Part shown: in pieces, positions 62,367 through 64,000 of the stretch
Layout: the number at the start of each line of letters is the position of its first letter
Position numbering within the stretch: the first letter of the stretch is position 1
From: Octopus vulgaris
Taxonomy: Eukaryota
Reading direction: 5' to 3'
Assembly: GCA_951406725.2 (NCBI GenBank)
Contig: OX597819.1
Span: 35,898,001-35,962,000, forward strand
Length of the DNA stretch: 64,000 nt
Notes under the pieces: model-generated
What the model saw: only the letters and a program-made list of their open reading frames with translations
Told to the model about the DNA's origin: nothing
Database searches by the model: none
Translations under genes and position numbers: made by a program

Positions 62367-63150
62367 ATATTCAATGAGAAGAAAGTAACACTACCATTTT
62401 CCATGATGGGGGTGAGAGCTGAACAGAAATGATAAACGCCCAGCAAATTTAGTCAAGACTCTAGATTTTATTCTTACTTGCAGTTATTTCATATTATTAA
62501 AGTCATTAATGCCTCTGAACAAATGATGTAAATGTAATAGAATTTTGTTTCTGTTACACTAAAAAAAAAAAAAATCAAATGTGCACATGAAGTTAATATC
62601 ATCATATCCCTGACTAACCACACACAGAGTTGAAACCGGTTTCATATTTCATATGAATTGAATTGCAATATGTCTTGCATATTTATATGTAGGCATAGAC
62701 ATGTGTGTGCATTTGTGTATGTATGTATGTATGTATGTGTGTATGTATGTGTGTGTGTGTATGTATGTATGTATGAATGTATGTATGCATGTATGCATGT
62801 ATGCATGTATGTATGTATAGATGTATGTATGTATTTATGTATGTATGTATGTCTGAATGAATGAATGTATGTGTGATATTATTCAGTTTTATTTCAAGAT
62901 CTCTTGTCAATAGAGAAAGAGTTAGCTTTTAACCTAAATCTAAGGCTTCTTCACTAAAATTTCAACAACATCAACAGGGTATTTTTCATGTTTGTGTGTA
63001 TGTGCAGTATTTGGAATCAGTACATGTGCAGATTTGTATGTTTTGTTTTATGTATGTATTCTCAGGCATATAGTTGCATATCTAAACATGTACATATCAT
63101 CATCATCTTCATTTAGCATCTGCTTTTCATGCTAGCATGGGTTATATGTA

Positions 63151-63460
63151 GGGAAGCGCAATGGCCCAGTGGTTAGGGCAGCGGACTCGCAGTTGTAGGA
63201 TAGCGGTTTCGATTCCCTAACCGGGCGTTGTGAGTGTTTATTGAGCAAAAACACCTATAGCTCCACGAGGCTCTGGCAGGGGATGGTGGCGATCCCTGCT
63301 GTACTCTTTCGCCACAACTTTCTCTCACTCTTTCTTCTGTTGGCCTGCTCACTTAGCCAGCGGGGTGGTGTCGTTTGAAGGCTAAAACAATGCGAAGCAC
63401 ATTGTGATCGGAAATGTGTAGCAACATCTGATAGCCTGGTCAGTCACGTGATCATGTGAT
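63151..63460 (+). mobile_element. tRNA-derived SINE, head H2 + third tail T3
   Basis: First 180 bp match 21981; tail GGCCTGCTCACTTAGCCAGCGGGG...GTCACGTGATCATGTGAT is unrelated to T1 and T2. Confidence 0.85.
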
Positions 63461-63474
63461 ATATATATATATAT

Positions 63475-63650
63475 AGGGAGAGTTTACGAAAAAAACAAAA
63501 GACTAAGACAAGTGATGTACAAAACAAACAGATGTATTAGTATAATGCTCAGGAACAGAAAAAGTCTTTAGTGTTTCGAGCCTACACTCTTCTACAGAAA
63601 GGGACACAGAAAAAAACAAGGAGAGAAAAAAGTGTGTGTAGTGGCTAGAT
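63475..63650 (-). mobile_element. Family H2 pLTR-like fragment with hammerhead-like motif at 63566-63601
   Basis: Direct similarity to 7408-7618. Confidence 0.6.
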
Positions 63651-63949
63651 GACTTGAATCTGTAATCTTCTAATTGACTTTCTTCTTTCTGGTTTTGAGA
63701 AGCTTAATTTCTCAAGATCGGTGCTTTAGCACAAGGTCAAAGATATGCAACTAAAACACCCTGAAGATGGAGGTCAGATCCAGCTTATGTTTAAATGATT
63801 TTACTTCTAGTTACATATCCTTGACTCTGTGTAAACTACATCTGCCAACTATTTGAGGTAATTTCAAACCTCCAGAAATAGTGTCAGACCTTTAATACCA
63901 AACCTTCTCCCTTTAATTTTCTGTCTTTACACTATATATTTATAAATGA

Positions 63950-64000
63950 ATGTAGGAGTGGCTGTGTAGTAAGTAGCTTGCTTATCAGCCACATAGTTCC
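63950..64000 (+). mobile_element. SINE family A head, cut by window edge
   Basis: GTAGGAGTGGCTGTGTAGTAAGTAGCTTGCTTA. Confidence 0.8.

Overview
AT-rich, microsatellite-dense eukaryotic DNA made almost entirely of transposable-element debris. The repeat families look like those I recognise from octopus (coleoid cephalopod) genomes; this is an inference, not a database result. I see no intact protein-coding gene, rRNA, true tRNA or CRISPR array, and almost all ORFs in the track are microsatellite or repeat artefacts. Recognisable content: several tRNA-derived SINE families (about 30 copies), 3' fragments of CR1, RTE and Tx1-like LINEs, decayed DNA transposons (one full-length hAT Charlie/Buster-type copy with TIRs and an 8-bp TSD, plus mariner, maT, Tc1, piggyBac-like and Merlin-like elements), non-autonomous Helitrons and a solo LTR. 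The most notable observations are: (1) several unrelated fold-back elements carrying minimal type I hammerhead ribozyme motifs, as known from Penelope-like elements and retrozymes, including a tandem pair 212 nt apart; (2) a solo LTR with a phased 8-unit heat-shock-element array upstream of a TATA box, pointing toward a set of weakly supported minus-strand exons; (3) a modular SINE system with all four head x tail combinations within 2.7 kb. Coordinates were read by eye, and the boundaries of decayed repeats are approximate.
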